64,000 bases of DNA from an uncultured delta proteobacterium (GTDB lineage: Bacteria; Myxococcota; B64-G9). Position numbers and translations under genes: made by a program. The notes beneath the pieces are model-generated. The model searched no databases. It saw only the letters and a program-made list of their open reading frames with translations, and was not told the DNA's origin. Shown here in pieces: positions 10,122-19,487 of the stretch (position 1 is the first letter of the stretch; each line of letters opens with the position of its first letter). Location of the stretch: positions 705,908-769,907 of the forward strand of contig CAVWHX010000003.1 of the NCBI GenBank assembly GCA_963754925.1, written 5' to 3'.

Positions 10122-11390
10122 TTATGAGGGGGTAACAATCAAGTTCCCAGGGTCGTTTGAATGCGGTGTTTCGGCATTCTTTTGATTGGCGAAACTTTTG
10201 ACGATTTCCGCCGGGTCATGAAAAATCTTTTTCGTCATGCGGACAAAAAACGGGCTATCCTTCGGCTGAAAGCCCTCCGTCGTCAGGTGCCAGGCCACGG
10301 CGGCACTATGTCGAGCCTGTTCAATGCGGCCTTTGCGCTGGAAGCACACGGCCATATCTAACAAACGTCGCTGATAGACCATGCGCTCGTTTTTGCCCTC
10401 GAGCACAACCGCCGGGGCGTTTTCGATCACCCGCCCTACCTGCTCAATTTTTTGTTGTTCGTTGATCGCCACCTGGCTCATGGCCGCTTCAGAAAGCTGC
10501 GCTTGTAACTTTTGCAGTACCGCCTCCTCGGGAAACCAGTTGCTAAACTCAGGCAGATCAATTAACTCCGCACCGGCTTGGACGAGAGCATCCTGACCGA
10601 CCGAGGCTTCGGGCGGAAACAGCTCGAGCGGGTCCGGCGGAGCATCCGTTGCCGAGGAAACCCCTAACGTGGCGCTCGCTTCCAGGTAGCTATCAGGCAG
10701 GGAACGATTGCGCCCCCGGGCAACCTCCACGGCTCGCGCGAGATGAAACCGGCCCTCGCCGTAAGAAATTTCGAGCATCAAGCCACCGCCACGTTCATCG
10801 AGTAAATCCCGAATAAGCTCGCGATACCGATGGCGCCCGAGCTTGCCGCCATTGAATTGCATGAGCCCATTCGTATCGTTCAATTCGGCGTGGAATACCT
10901 CCACCCCGCCGTGGGCATAGCGAGTCAGAAGGAGCGTTCGATTGCCGGCGCCATCGGGCGGGCTGAAATAGCAGGGAAGCTCCGGCTCTTCGAACACCTT
11001 TCGTTCAAGGATCGACGGCCCCGACTCCTTGGGGATGTCGATCGACAGGCCGCGGCTGCGCAACTTGTGCAGTATTCGACGCGCCTCTTTCTTGGCCTCT
11101 TTATCATTGCTCATGGCGAGCAGATCAACGACAAGATCGGTCTGCCCGTCGCGTTCGGCAAGCTTCATCAAGGCAATTTGGAAGGCGGGCGGCAGCTTGC
11201 TTGCCTCACGCGGATCGGAACCTTTCTTAACAAGTTCGACGGCGCGCGCCAACAGGGTGGTTAGTTCCTCAGCTGGCAGGCCCAGCTGTTTGCACAATTC
11301 AGCGGAGGCATCCGTATTCCCCGATGCAATTTGTTCTGCCAGATTGTCGGTGACTGTGTTCCCGGGAGTCGCGGTCGATGGATTACTCAT
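10122..11390 (-). CDS. Hypothetical protein
   Basis: 422-aa ORF with an AAGGAG SD; first gene of an apparent minus-strand unit with the kinase and the MBL gene. Confidence 0.7.
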   Translation of the reverse strand: MSNPSTATPGNTVTDNLAEQIASGNTDASAELCKQLGLPAEELTTLLARAVELVKKGSDPREASKLPPAFQIALMKLAERDGQTDLVVDLLAMSNDKEAKKEARRILHKLRSRGLSIDIPKESGPSILERKVFEEPELPCYFSPPDGAGNRTLLLTRYAHGGVEVFHAELNDTNGLMQFNGGKLGRHRYRELIRDLLDERGGGLMLEISYGEGRFHLARAVEVARGRNRSLPDSYLEASATLGVSSATDAPPDPLELFPPEASVGQDALVQAGAELIDLPEFSNWFPEEAVLQKLQAQLSEAAMSQVAINEQQKIEQVGRVIENAPAVVLEGKNERMVYQRRLLDMAVCFQRKGRIEQARHSAAVAWHLTTEGFQPKDSPFFVRMTKKIFHDPAEIVKSFANQKNAETPHSNDPGNLIVTPS

Positions 11391-11690
11391 GCCGGCTATC
11401 CTCCTTCGTTCAAGAATTACTTATCCCAAATACCAATGCACCGGCAAGTGGCTTTTCGCGCCAGTGCAAAATGAGTCCCTTTTCTTGACTGCGATGGTTG
11501 TTTCTCATAAAATTTTGGGGCTTTGTCTCATTGTGCTTAGTCAGAAATTTATATAGTGTCCCGGAGGTACCACGTTACCAAGAGGATTTCTGCGCGGGCT
11601 CATTGTTGCTTGCCGTAGTTGGGAGCAGGAGTGCCGCGATTGTTAACCGGTTAAGCAGGTATGGGCGGGGAACAGGTTGGGAGCTCAGAC

Positions 11691-12584
11691 ATGCCGTTCG
11701 ATGTGGTGGGATTAGGTCACTGCACGGTCGACTATATCGGAGTCTTGGACCACTTTCCCGAGAGCGATAAGAGAACCGAAATTATCGAGCTCAGCATGCA
11801 AGGCGGTGGACCCGTTTCCACTGCTTTGGTGACCTTGGCCGGCTTTGGGGTCGAAACCAGCTACATTGGTAAAATCTCTGACGACGACTTTGGGAACTTT
11901 ATCCGCCAGGGACTGCGCGAGGCGGGAGTGGACACGCGCGGTCTGGTGATCGAGCCCGGCAAAGTATCGCCGTTTTCCTTTATTGCGGTCGACCGAAAGA
12001 CGGGAAAACGGGGGATCTTCTGGACGCGCGGCGATGTTTCACTGATAACACCCCAAGAAGTCCAGTTGCATTTGATCGATGGGGCCAAAATTCTCCATGT
12101 GGACGGCCTGACCATCGACGCCCAGATCGCCGCGGCGGGCTACGCCCGCGATCACGGGGTTACCGTGGTCTATGACGCCGGTAGTCCGCGGCCGCGTATG
12201 GAAGAGCTTATGAAATTAACCAACGTACTGGTGGCGTCGGAACGCTTCGCGGCCGAGGTCGGTCGCGGGGCGTTAGCCGAGAGCTTGAGGCTGCTCCAGA
12301 TGAAGGGACCGCGAACGGTCGTGGTCACCATCGGCGAAGAGGGCTCGGTGGGCATGGAAAACGGCGAGACCTACATCGTCCCGGCCCTGTCAGTCAAGGT
12401 GGTTGACACCACCGGCGCCGGCGATGTGTACCACGGAGCCTTTATCTACGGCATGCTGCAAGGCTTTCCGCTGCGAGAGCGCATGCGCTTTGCCAATGCC
12501 GCGGCGGGCCTCAAATGTCGCTCATTAGGGGGACGGGCAGGAATTCCTTCCTTGTCTGAAGTCCACGAAGCCCTGCAGTGGTGA
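11691..12584 (+). CDS. PfkB-family carbohydrate kinase
   Basis: GGGPVSTA and VVDTTGAGD motifs; GGGAG SD before the ATG at 11691. Confidence 0.9.
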   Translation: MPFDVVGLGHCTVDYIGVLDHFPESDKRTEIIELSMQGGGPVSTALVTLAGFGVETSYIGKISDDDFGNFIRQGLREAGVDTRGLVIEPGKVSPFSFIAVDRKTGKRGIFWTRGDVSLITPQEVQLHLIDGAKILHVDGLTIDAQIAAAGYARDHGVTVVYDAGSPRPRMEELMKLTNVLVASERFAAEVGRGALAESLRLLQMKGPRTVVVTIGEEGSVGMENGETYIVPALSVKVVDTTGAGDVYHGAFIYGMLQGFPLRERMRFANAAAGLKCRSLGGRAGIPSLSEVHEALQW

Positions 12585-12616
12585 TCGCGGTGTCGTTCGA
12601 CGAATACCCATAAGCC

Positions 12617-13687
12617 TCAAACTGAGACACTACCTATTCTATATGCGGCGTCAACAGGTAGATGTGACACCACCTGAGGAAAGTAAGTCGTCGTCCTGAA
12701 CCAGGCCTCAAGGTCAACGGGTAGGAGCAAGAGGATGCTTGGGTCAAGGCCTTCATCCTCCAAGAGTTGTGCGGGTGTTTTAGCGCTCTTGGAGTAGTTG
12801 GGTCTGGCGAAGTTCCACCAGTGTTGGTAGATAGAGACCTTCTGGAAGAAGTCCTGTCTGGATGTAAATGGTTCGAGATCAAAGAACTCCTGTTCAATGG
12901 ATGCATGGGAACTCTCGACATCGGCGTGGGCGTTTGGGGTGGCAGGGGGCAGGAAGCGGTGGATGATCCCGGCCTGCTGGATTTTGGCATGGAAGCCTCG
13001 TTCCCGCTCGTTCTTGTCATGGCCACCATATTCGACGCCGTTGTCGGTGGACAAGATAGCACGGCGGAGGTTGACGAGATGCTTTTTCAGGTGGGTCAGC
13101 AAGCGCCGGGAGGTCATGGTGGCGTAGGTGGTGGAGAGCTCGTCGGCGTAAGAGATAAAGAGAGCACCGCTTTTGACATCACGGTGGGTGTACTGGTGTT
13201 TGGGGAGGCCGAGTTTCTTCATCTGCGGCCAGTAGGCGGGGATATCGAAGAGGGGTTTCATATCGGCCTGGAGGCGTTGGAAGCATCTGTATTTAGCTTT
13301 GATAGCCCGCAGGTCGTTTTTGCGCTGACGCTTTTTGCGACGGCGGCCCGATAAGCCTTGCTGGCGCAGGATGCGAGCGATGGCGCCAGAGGAAGCAGTG
13401 ATTCCAAACAGGTCGCGCAGGCGGCGCGGTCCGAAGCAGGGAACCTTCTTGCGTGCGTTGAGGATCTTCGCTTCTTGGTACCGGGAAGTCTTGTGGGGGC
13501 AGGTCTTGGGTCTCCGGGAGCGGTCCTGGAGTGAGGTACGACCGCCGGCGTCAAAGCGGGCACGCCATCGCCGTACGGTGTTGGGGGTGGTAGCAAAGGC
13601 ACGCGCAGCGGGGCGTATGCCGTGGGTCGTGGCGTACTGCACCAACTGAAGGCGAAGCGAATATTTATGGTCTTTCGTGGTGGTCAT
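12617..13687 (-). CDS. IS481-family DDE transposase
   Basis: N-terminal HTH (AARAFATTPNTVRRW...DRSRRP) and rve-type D-D-E (QADMK, TDNGVEY, NAHADVESSH). The ORF runs through the IR and stops outside the element. The start codon is uncertain (13687 or 13756). Confidence 0.85.
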   Translation of the reverse strand: MTTTKDHKYSLRLQLVQYATTHGIRPAARAFATTPNTVRRWRARFDAGGRTSLQDRSRRPKTCPHKTSRYQEAKILNARKKVPCFGPRRLRDLFGITASSGAIARILRQQGLSGRRRKKRQRKNDLRAIKAKYRCFQRLQADMKPLFDIPAYWPQMKKLGLPKHQYTHRDVKSGALFISYADELSTTYATMTSRRLLTHLKKHLVNLRRAILSTDNGVEYGGHDKNERERGFHAKIQQAGIIHRFLPPATPNAHADVESSHASIEQEFFDLEPFTSRQDFFQKVSIYQHWWNFARPNYSKSAKTPAQLLEDEGLDPSILLLLPVDLEAWFRTTTYFPQVVSHLPVDAAYRIGSVSV

Positions 13688-13914
13688 GGCGTAATAACTA
13701 AATGGGGTCAGGGCCGTACCTCCTTGTGATGAAAGTCTTCGCAAACCTTCATTCAAGAGGATTTTGGTCCTGACCTCATCTCCTTTTTTGTTGCCGCGGC
13801 TTCCTTGGGGGGCTAGCCCCCCAAGGAAGCTTTCCCTTCAACATTGCCAATCCCTTGCTCCCCATGCTCCTGAGAGCAGAAAGAGGTGGTGTCAGATCTA
13901 CCTGGGCTTGCCCA
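12644..13914 (-). mobile_element. IS481-family insertion sequence
   Basis: TG...CA ends. Inverted repeats CAGGTAGATGTGACACCACCT (12655-12675) and AGGTGGTGTCAGATCTACCTG (around 13884-13904) differ by 1 nt. Flanked by the direct repeat TACCTATTCTATA(TG) at 12631 and 13915. Confidence 0.85.
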
Positions 13915-13989
13915 TACCTATTCTATATGTTTGTTGACAAGTCCGGTCGGCTCATGATACCTAAACAAATTAAGAAAGGTGTGGGTTGT

Positions 13990-14052
13990 ATGTGGTATTG
14001 TACCGGCACGCTGCATCATCATTCGAGTCTGATCCCCTGTTTCAGGGTTTAG
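13990..14052 (+). CDS. hisL: his operon leader peptide MWYCTGTLHHHSSLIPCFRV
   Basis: AAAGGT SD-like sequence, three consecutive CAT His codons, 80 nt upstream of hisD and followed by a terminator. Confidence 0.75.
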   Translation: MWYCTGTLHHHSSLIPCFRV

Positions 14053-14078
14053 CGGCTTAGTAATTTTTTGTTTTATAC

Positions 14079-14113
14079 AAAGCCCTTCGTAAACCCGGAG
14101 GGCTTTTTGCTTT
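14079..14113 (+). terminator. Attenuator terminator hairpin
   Basis: AAAGCCCTTCG-TAAACC-CGGAGGGCTTT followed by a T-rich tail. GGGTTTA (14045-14051) can alternatively pair with TAAACCC (14090-14096). Confidence 0.75.
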
Positions 14114-14131
14114 ATACGAGGACGGTTACCC

Positions 14132-16654
14132 ATGCTTCGAATAATTGATGTCGACGAGGCGAAGCGGACTATATTGCAGCGGCGGAGGCTCGGCGGCGGC
14201 GAAATCCCACCGGCCGTGCGCGATGGGTTGCGCCGGATTTTCGGCGTCGATACAACACCGTATGAAGCCGTACGTCAAATCATCAAAGATATACGCGAAG
14301 GAACGACTATCCCTGCAGATCGAAAAAACCTTCGCGCGGATGCGGGAGTTCAAGATGCGCCGGCGCGAAGTGGTGATGCCGCCGTGTTGTACTGGACAGA
14401 GAAAATAGATGGCCTACGACTTGATTCACTCGTAGTGCCGCCGGAGGAATATGCAGCGGCTTTCTCAAGGTTGAACGGTGAGTTACAGAAATCGTTGCGC
14501 TATGCGGCCGACCGCGTTAGGGCTTTCCATGCGCGCCAGCCGTTGCCATCTTGGTCAACGAGCGAGCTTGGCGGCGAGCTTGGACAAGTCGTCACCCCAC
14601 TCAACCGGGTTGGTGTCTATGTGCCGGGAGGAAGCGCTCCCCTGCCCTCCTCGCTGCTGATGTCGGCTATTCCGGCCAAGGTAGCGGGCGTCAAGGAGAT
14701 AGTGGTCGCTACCCCGCCGGGAAAAAGCGACGGCCGGGTACCCGATGTAGTCTTGGCGGCGGCGCATCTCGCCTCTGTGGATGCCGTCTACCGCATGGGC
14801 GGGGCGCAGGCCATCGCGGCCTTAGCCTTTGGAACCGAAAGCATTCCAAAAGTCGATAAAATAGTCGGCGCCGGTAACTTGTTTGTCACGTTAGCCAAGC
14901 AGCAGGTCTACGGTCAGGTCGGGCTCGACGGATTGGCCGGACCGACCGAGACGGTGATTGTGGCCGATGATACGGCCAACCCGGTCTGGTTGGCCGCCGA
15001 TTTGCTGGCCCAAGCTGAACACGATTTCCTTGCCACGGCGATTCTCTTGACGCCGTCACGCACCCTGGCCGCGGCGGTGAACACCGAGGTCTATCGCCAG
15101 TTGCCTCTGCTGCCGCGGCGCAGCGTGATTGAGGTCGCGTTAGCAGCGCAGAGCGGCATCATCATAACCCGCGATATCGCCCAGGCCGTGCAACTGGCCG
15201 ATGACTTTGCGCCGGAGCACTTGTGTTTGTCGGTGAGCAATCCGCGGCAGTGGGCAAGCCGTATCACGCACGCGGGCGGGTTATTTATCGGCGAGCGTTC
15301 GTTTGAAGTCTTGGGCGATTACACGGCCGGTCCAAGCCACGTTATGCCTACGGGAGGGACGGCTCGTTTCGCCTCCCCGCTCAACGTGTTGGATTTTGTC
15401 CGCATTACCAACGTCATCGCCTTGGACGAGCGCACCGCAGGCGCGCTGAGCGTGCACGCGGCCCGTATCGCGCGGGCTGAGGCGCTTGACGCTCACGCGC
15501 AAGCCGCATCGTGTCGGGCTACAGACGATGACGCCCGGAGCGAAGCCGGCAACACTCCCTATGAAACGCCCGGATTGCGATGCCAGTCGGTCTTTCATGA
15601 GGTGGAGCCCTACGTCCCGATCGTTCCCTTTGAGATCTGGGCCGAGCGCCTGGGCCGATCGCCCGAGACGATTGTCAAGCTGGATGCAAACGAAAACCCT
15701 TATGGTCCAGCGCCGCGGGCACGGGCGGCGCTGCAATCGTGCACGTGGTTAAATATCTACCCCGACCCCGGAAGCACCCTCCTGAGACGGGCGCTTGCCG
15801 ATTATCTCAACCTGCCGATTGAGACGATCATGGCTGGCTCAGGGGTTGACGAGCTTCTTGACCTGCTGTTGCGCCCGGTGCTTGCTCCCGGGGATGTGGT
15901 GGTCAACTGCGAACCGACCTTTGGGATGTATGCGTATCTTACCAAGGTCAACCACGGTCGTCTGCTCGACGTCAAGCGGCGCGCCGACTTCCGCTTGGAC
16001 ATCGAAGCCATTACGGAAGCGGTCAAAACCGAACCACGCGCGAAGGTATTATTCGTCTGCTCCCCCAATAACCCGGATGGCAGTGTGGTATCGGACTCGG
16101 AATTGCAACGCCTCTTGGAGTTGCCGCTGCTGGTGGTTTTGGATGAAGCTTATGTCGAGTTTTACGGCAAAAGCCGCATTGAATGGATCCGCGACCATTC
16201 CAATATGGTGGTGCTACGCACCTTCAGCAAATGGGCCGGACTTGCCGGTTTGCGGGTCGGGTACGGAGCATTTCCCGACTGGTTGATTTCCCGCATGTGG
16301 TGTATTAAGCAACCGTACAATGTCAATAGCGCAGGTCAACAAGCTGCGCTCGCTTCGCTTGAGGAGGCCGATTGGTTGATGGCCAACGTCGAGCGGCTGC
16401 GGACAGAGCGGGCCCGACTCTTTGAAGCGTTACGAACCATGGAAGGCTTTTCGGTGTATCCGAGCGAGAGCAACTTTATTTTGTGCCGGTTGGTGGGACG
16501 GGACGCGCTGGCTCTCAAATGCTCGCTGGAACAGGAAGGCGTGCTGGTGCGCCATTTTGACAGACCCGACCTGCGTGACTGCATCCGCATCAGTGTAGGT
16601 CGGCCGCAGGACAGCGATGCGTTGCTGCGCGCATTGCGGAAACTTGGTGTATAA
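14132..16654 (+). CDS. hisD-hisC: Fused histidinol dehydrogenase / histidinol-phosphate aminotransferase
   Basis: HisD motifs: YVPGG, AGPTE, DLLAQAEH, APEHL, GDYTAGPSHVMPT. HisC motifs: KLDANENPYG, CSPNNPDG, DEAY, RTFSKWAGLAGLRVGY. There is no stop between the two halves. Confidence 0.85.
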   Translation: MLRIIDVDEAKRTILQRRRLGGGEIPPAVRDGLRRIFGVDTTPYEAVRQIIKDIREGTTIPADRKNLRADAGVQDAPARSGDAAVLYWTEKIDGLRLDSLVVPPEEYAAAFSRLNGELQKSLRYAADRVRAFHARQPLPSWSTSELGGELGQVVTPLNRVGVYVPGGSAPLPSSLLMSAIPAKVAGVKEIVVATPPGKSDGRVPDVVLAAAHLASVDAVYRMGGAQAIAALAFGTESIPKVDKIVGAGNLFVTLAKQQVYGQVGLDGLAGPTETVIVADDTANPVWLAADLLAQAEHDFLATAILLTPSRTLAAAVNTEVYRQLPLLPRRSVIEVALAAQSGIIITRDIAQAVQLADDFAPEHLCLSVSNPRQWASRITHAGGLFIGERSFEVLGDYTAGPSHVMPTGGTARFASPLNVLDFVRITNVIALDERTAGALSVHAARIARAEALDAHAQAASCRATDDDARSEAGNTPYETPGLRCQSVFHEVEPYVPIVPFEIWAERLGRSPETIVKLDANENPYGPAPRARAALQSCTWLNIYPDPGSTLLRRALADYLNLPIETIMAGSGVDELLDLLLRPVLAPGDVVVNCEPTFGMYAYLTKVNHGRLLDVKRRADFRLDIEAITEAVKTEPRAKVLFVCSPNNPDGSVVSDSELQRLLELPLLVVLDEAYVEFYGKSRIEWIRDHSNMVVLRTFSKWAGLAGLRVGYGAFPDWLISRMWCIKQPYNVNSAGQQAALASLEEADWLMANVERLRTERARLFEALRTMEGFSVYPSESNFILCRLVGRDALALKCSLEQEGVLVRHFDRPDLRDCIRISVGRPQDSDALLRALRKLGV

Positions 16655-16724
16655 CCATGTAACCGTTCAGGCGATAGGCGATGAACTTTTGCAAGAAATC
16701 CTGAACGAACCGCGAGGTATACCA

Positions 16725-17315
16725 ATGCGAACCGCTACTCTCGAACGTCGAACGAACGAAACTCAGATTCAGGTAACGCTTACCCTGGATGGCTCCGGGA
16801 CCTATGACATCAACACCGGGATCGGCTTTTTCGATCATCTCCTGCGGCACGTTGCGGTCCACGGGTTGTTCAACCTCACGGTGCAGGCTCGCGGCGATTT
16901 GGAGATCGACGCGCACCACACCATCGAGGACGTGGCTCTGGTGCTCGGCACCTGCCTGGATAAAGCTCTGGGCGACCGTGCCGGCCTCACGCGCATGGGC
17001 CAAGCGATCGTGCCGATGGACGAAAGCCTGGTCTTGGTCGCAGTTGATCTCAGCGGCCGGCCGTATGCCGTCGTTCGGGCGGACTGGGATGTCCCTCTGA
17101 TTGGGCAGATGCCGACGGCATTGGTGGCGCATTTCCTCAAATCGCTCGCTTCGGCCGGGCGCCTCAATCTGCATGCTCGGGTGTTGGCGGGTCAGGACGG
17201 CCACCACCAGGCCGAAGCTCTTTTCAAGGCCTTGGGCCGCGCACTTGAGATGGCCGTGCGCATCGATGCGCGCCGCGAGAAGCAGATTCCTTCTACTAAA
17301 GGTACCCTTAGTTGA
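16725..17315 (+). CDS. hisB: Imidazoleglycerol-phosphate dehydratase (monofunctional)
   Basis: RRTNETQI, TGIGFFDHLL, DAHHTIED and HHQAEALFK motifs; GAGGT SD. Confidence 0.95.
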   Translation: MRTATLERRTNETQIQVTLTLDGSGTYDINTGIGFFDHLLRHVAVHGLFNLTVQARGDLEIDAHHTIEDVALVLGTCLDKALGDRAGLTRMGQAIVPMDESLVLVAVDLSGRPYAVVRADWDVPLIGQMPTALVAHFLKSLASAGRLNLHARVLAGQDGHHQAEALFKALGRALEMAVRIDARREKQIPSTKGTLS

Positions 17316-17926
17316 TCGCGTTAATCGATTACGGCTTGGGCAACCTGCGCTCGGTGCAAAAAGCCTTTGAGCACCTGGGAGTCCCGGTGATGCTGACCCA
17401 GGATCCCGACCACCTTCGTAGCGCCCGCAAATTGATCTTGCCGGGCGTAGGCGCTTTCTCGGCCGGGATGGAAGGCTTGCGGCAGCGCGGCCTCGTTGAA
17501 CCCATCCTGCAGGCGGCACGGGCTTCCGTGCCGTTACTAGGAATCTGTCTGGGAATGCAGTTACTGTTTGACGAAAGCGAGGAGGTACGCGCGGGATATC
17601 AACCGGAAAAAGGGCTGGGCCTCATTCCCGGCCGCGTCGTGCGGCTGCGGGGAAAAAACCTGATCATACCGCACATGGGCTGGAATCAAATCCAACCGGT
17701 TCGCGATTCAGCGTTGTTGCGAGGGCTTTCGCCGGGCGCCTATGCGTACTTTGTGCATTCCTACATTTGCCAACCGGCCAATCCGGAAGCGATCGTGGCC
17801 GTTACGGATTACGGCGAAAACTTCGCTTCGGTGGTGGGGTTGGGAACCACGTGGGGCATTCAGTTGCATCCTGAAAAAAGTCAGCGGGTCGGCCTTAAGA
17901 TATTGCAAAATTTTATCAACTACTGA
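17312..17926 (+). CDS. hisH: Imidazole glycerol phosphate synthase glutaminase subunit
   Basis: IDYGLGNLRSV, LPGVGAF, GICLGMQ and HPEKS motifs. Confidence 0.95.
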   Translation: MIALIDYGLGNLRSVQKAFEHLGVPVMLTQDPDHLRSARKLILPGVGAFSAGMEGLRQRGLVEPILQAARASVPLLGICLGMQLLFDESEEVRAGYQPEKGLGLIPGRVVRLRGKNLIIPHMGWNQIQPVRDSALLRGLSPGAYAYFVHSYICQPANPEAIVAVTDYGENFASVVGLGTTWGIQLHPEKSQRVGLKILQNFINY

Positions 17927-17937
17927 AGAACGAGCAT

Positions 17938-18693
17938 ATGACGACGAATACGTTTGAAATCTATCCAGCTATTGATGTGCGCAACGGCAAGGTGGTTCGC
18001 CTTCAAGAAGGCGATCCGCAACGAGAGACCGTTTTCGCGGACTCCCCCGTGGTCGTGGCCGAACGTTGGACTTCTTTGGGCGCGCGCTGGCTGCACGTAA
18101 TCAATTTGGACGGCGCCCTCGACGAGAGCCCCACGGACTCGCCGCAATTTTTGGCGCTTCTGCGTAAGCTGTGCGCTGTCGGACCGCGGGTGCAGTTCGG
18201 CGGCGGGATTCGTTCATTAGAGCTCATGCAATCGGTCGTCTCGGCGGGGGTCTCTCGAGCAATACTCGGCACCGTAGCCGTCAAGCATCCAGAACTGGTT
18301 AAAACAGCCTTGGCGACCTTTGGCGCGCAGGCTGTCGCCGTCGGTATAGATACCCGCGAAGGCCGCGTGCGTTTGCACGGTTGGCAAGCTGACAGCGGCC
18401 TCATGGCGGTTGATCTGGGACGGCATATGAAAGCGCTCGGCGTTGAGATGGTCATCCACACCGACATCGCACGCGATGGGTTACTCACCGGCGTCAACGC
18501 ACGAGCTTCGGGCGAGCTCGCGCAATCGTGCGGGTTGCGCGTCATCGCCTCCGGGGGCGTGGCGACGATCGAGGACATCAGGCGCGCGCGTGCTGCGTTG
18601 CCTCAGGGGGTGGAAGGCGTGATCATTGGTCGGGCGCTCTATCAAGGTACCGTGGACTTAACTGAGGCCCTGGCCATCGCGGAAGGCCGATAG
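17938..18693 (+). CDS. hisA: ProFAR isomerase
   Basis: [27 protein letters not shown] and ASGGV motifs. Confidence 0.95.
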   Translation: MTTNTFEIYPAIDVRNGKVVRLQEGDPQRETVFADSPVVVAERWTSLGARWLHVINLDGALDESPTDSPQFLALLRKLCAVGPRVQFGGGIRSLELMQSVVSAGVSRAILGTVAVKHPELVKTALATFGAQAVAVGIDTREGRVRLHGWQADSGLMAVDLGRHMKALGVEMVIHTDIARDGLLTGVNARASGELAQSCGLRVIASGGVATIEDIRRARAALPQGVEGVIIGRALYQGTVDLTEALAIAEGR

Positions 18694-18695
18694 CC

Positions 18696-19487
18696 ATGTT
18701 GGCGCGACGCATCATACCGTGCTTGGACGTGGATAACGGACGCGTGGTCAAGGGTATCAATTTCGTCAGCCTGCGCGATGCCGGTGATCCGGTCGAGCAA
18801 GCCCGGGTTTATGAAGCCGAGTGCGCCGACGAACTGGTCTTTCTAGATATCACCGCCACTTCCGACCGTCGTCAGACGGCGGTTGAGCTTGCCCGCCGCG
18901 TTGCGGATCAAGTGTTCATTCCCTTCACCATCGGCGGCGGCATCCGCAGTCTTGAAGACGCGCGCGCCTTGATTCGCGCCGGCGCCGACAAGATCAGCAT
19001 GAATTCCGCAGCCGTAGCCAACCCTGAGCTTATCACTATCACCGCAGGTAAGCTCGGGAGCCAGGCGGTGGTGGTGGCGATCGACGCCAAGCAACTTCCC
19101 CGTGAGCCGGGCAAGCCGCAGCGCTGGCAAGTCTACGTGGCCGGCGGGCGTACGCCAACGGAAGTGGATGCGCTGGCGTGGGCTCGGCAAGCCGCTGAAC
19201 GCGGGGCGGGTGAAATCTTGCTCACCAGCATGGACGCCGACGGGACGCAGGCGGGTTACGACCTCGAGTTAACGCGCGCCGTAGCAGACACGGTCAATAT
19301 TCCGGTAATCGCTTCGGGCGGGGCCGGCAAACTCGAACATTTCGCCACGGCCTTCACCGAGGGACACGCCTCGGCGGCGTTGGCCGCTTCCCTGTTTCAC
19401 TTTCGCCAGCTGAGCGTTCCTGACGTCAAGCGATACCTTCAAGCACACGGCATTCCCGTGCGACCTTGGACCAACGATGAAAGTTAA
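18696..19487 (+). CDS. hisF: Imidazole glycerol phosphate synthase cyclase subunit
   Basis: [19 protein letters not shown] and [13 protein letters not shown] motifs. Confidence 0.95.
   Translation: MLARRIIPCLDVDNGRVVKGINFVSLRDAGDPVEQARVYEAECADELVFLDITATSDRRQTAVELARRVADQVFIPFTIGGGIRSLEDARALIRAGADKISMNSAAVANPELITITAGKLGSQAVVVAIDAKQLPREPGKPQRWQVYVAGGRTPTEVDALAWARQAAERGAGEILLTSMDADGTQAGYDLELTRAVADTVNIPVIASGGAGKLEHFATAFTEGHASAALAASLFHFRQLSVPDVKRYLQAHGIPVRPWTNDES

Noticed and set aside
11553..12633. pfkB flanked by TAGTGTC/GACACTA inverted ends
   Set aside because: The match is only 7 bp and is compatible with chance.
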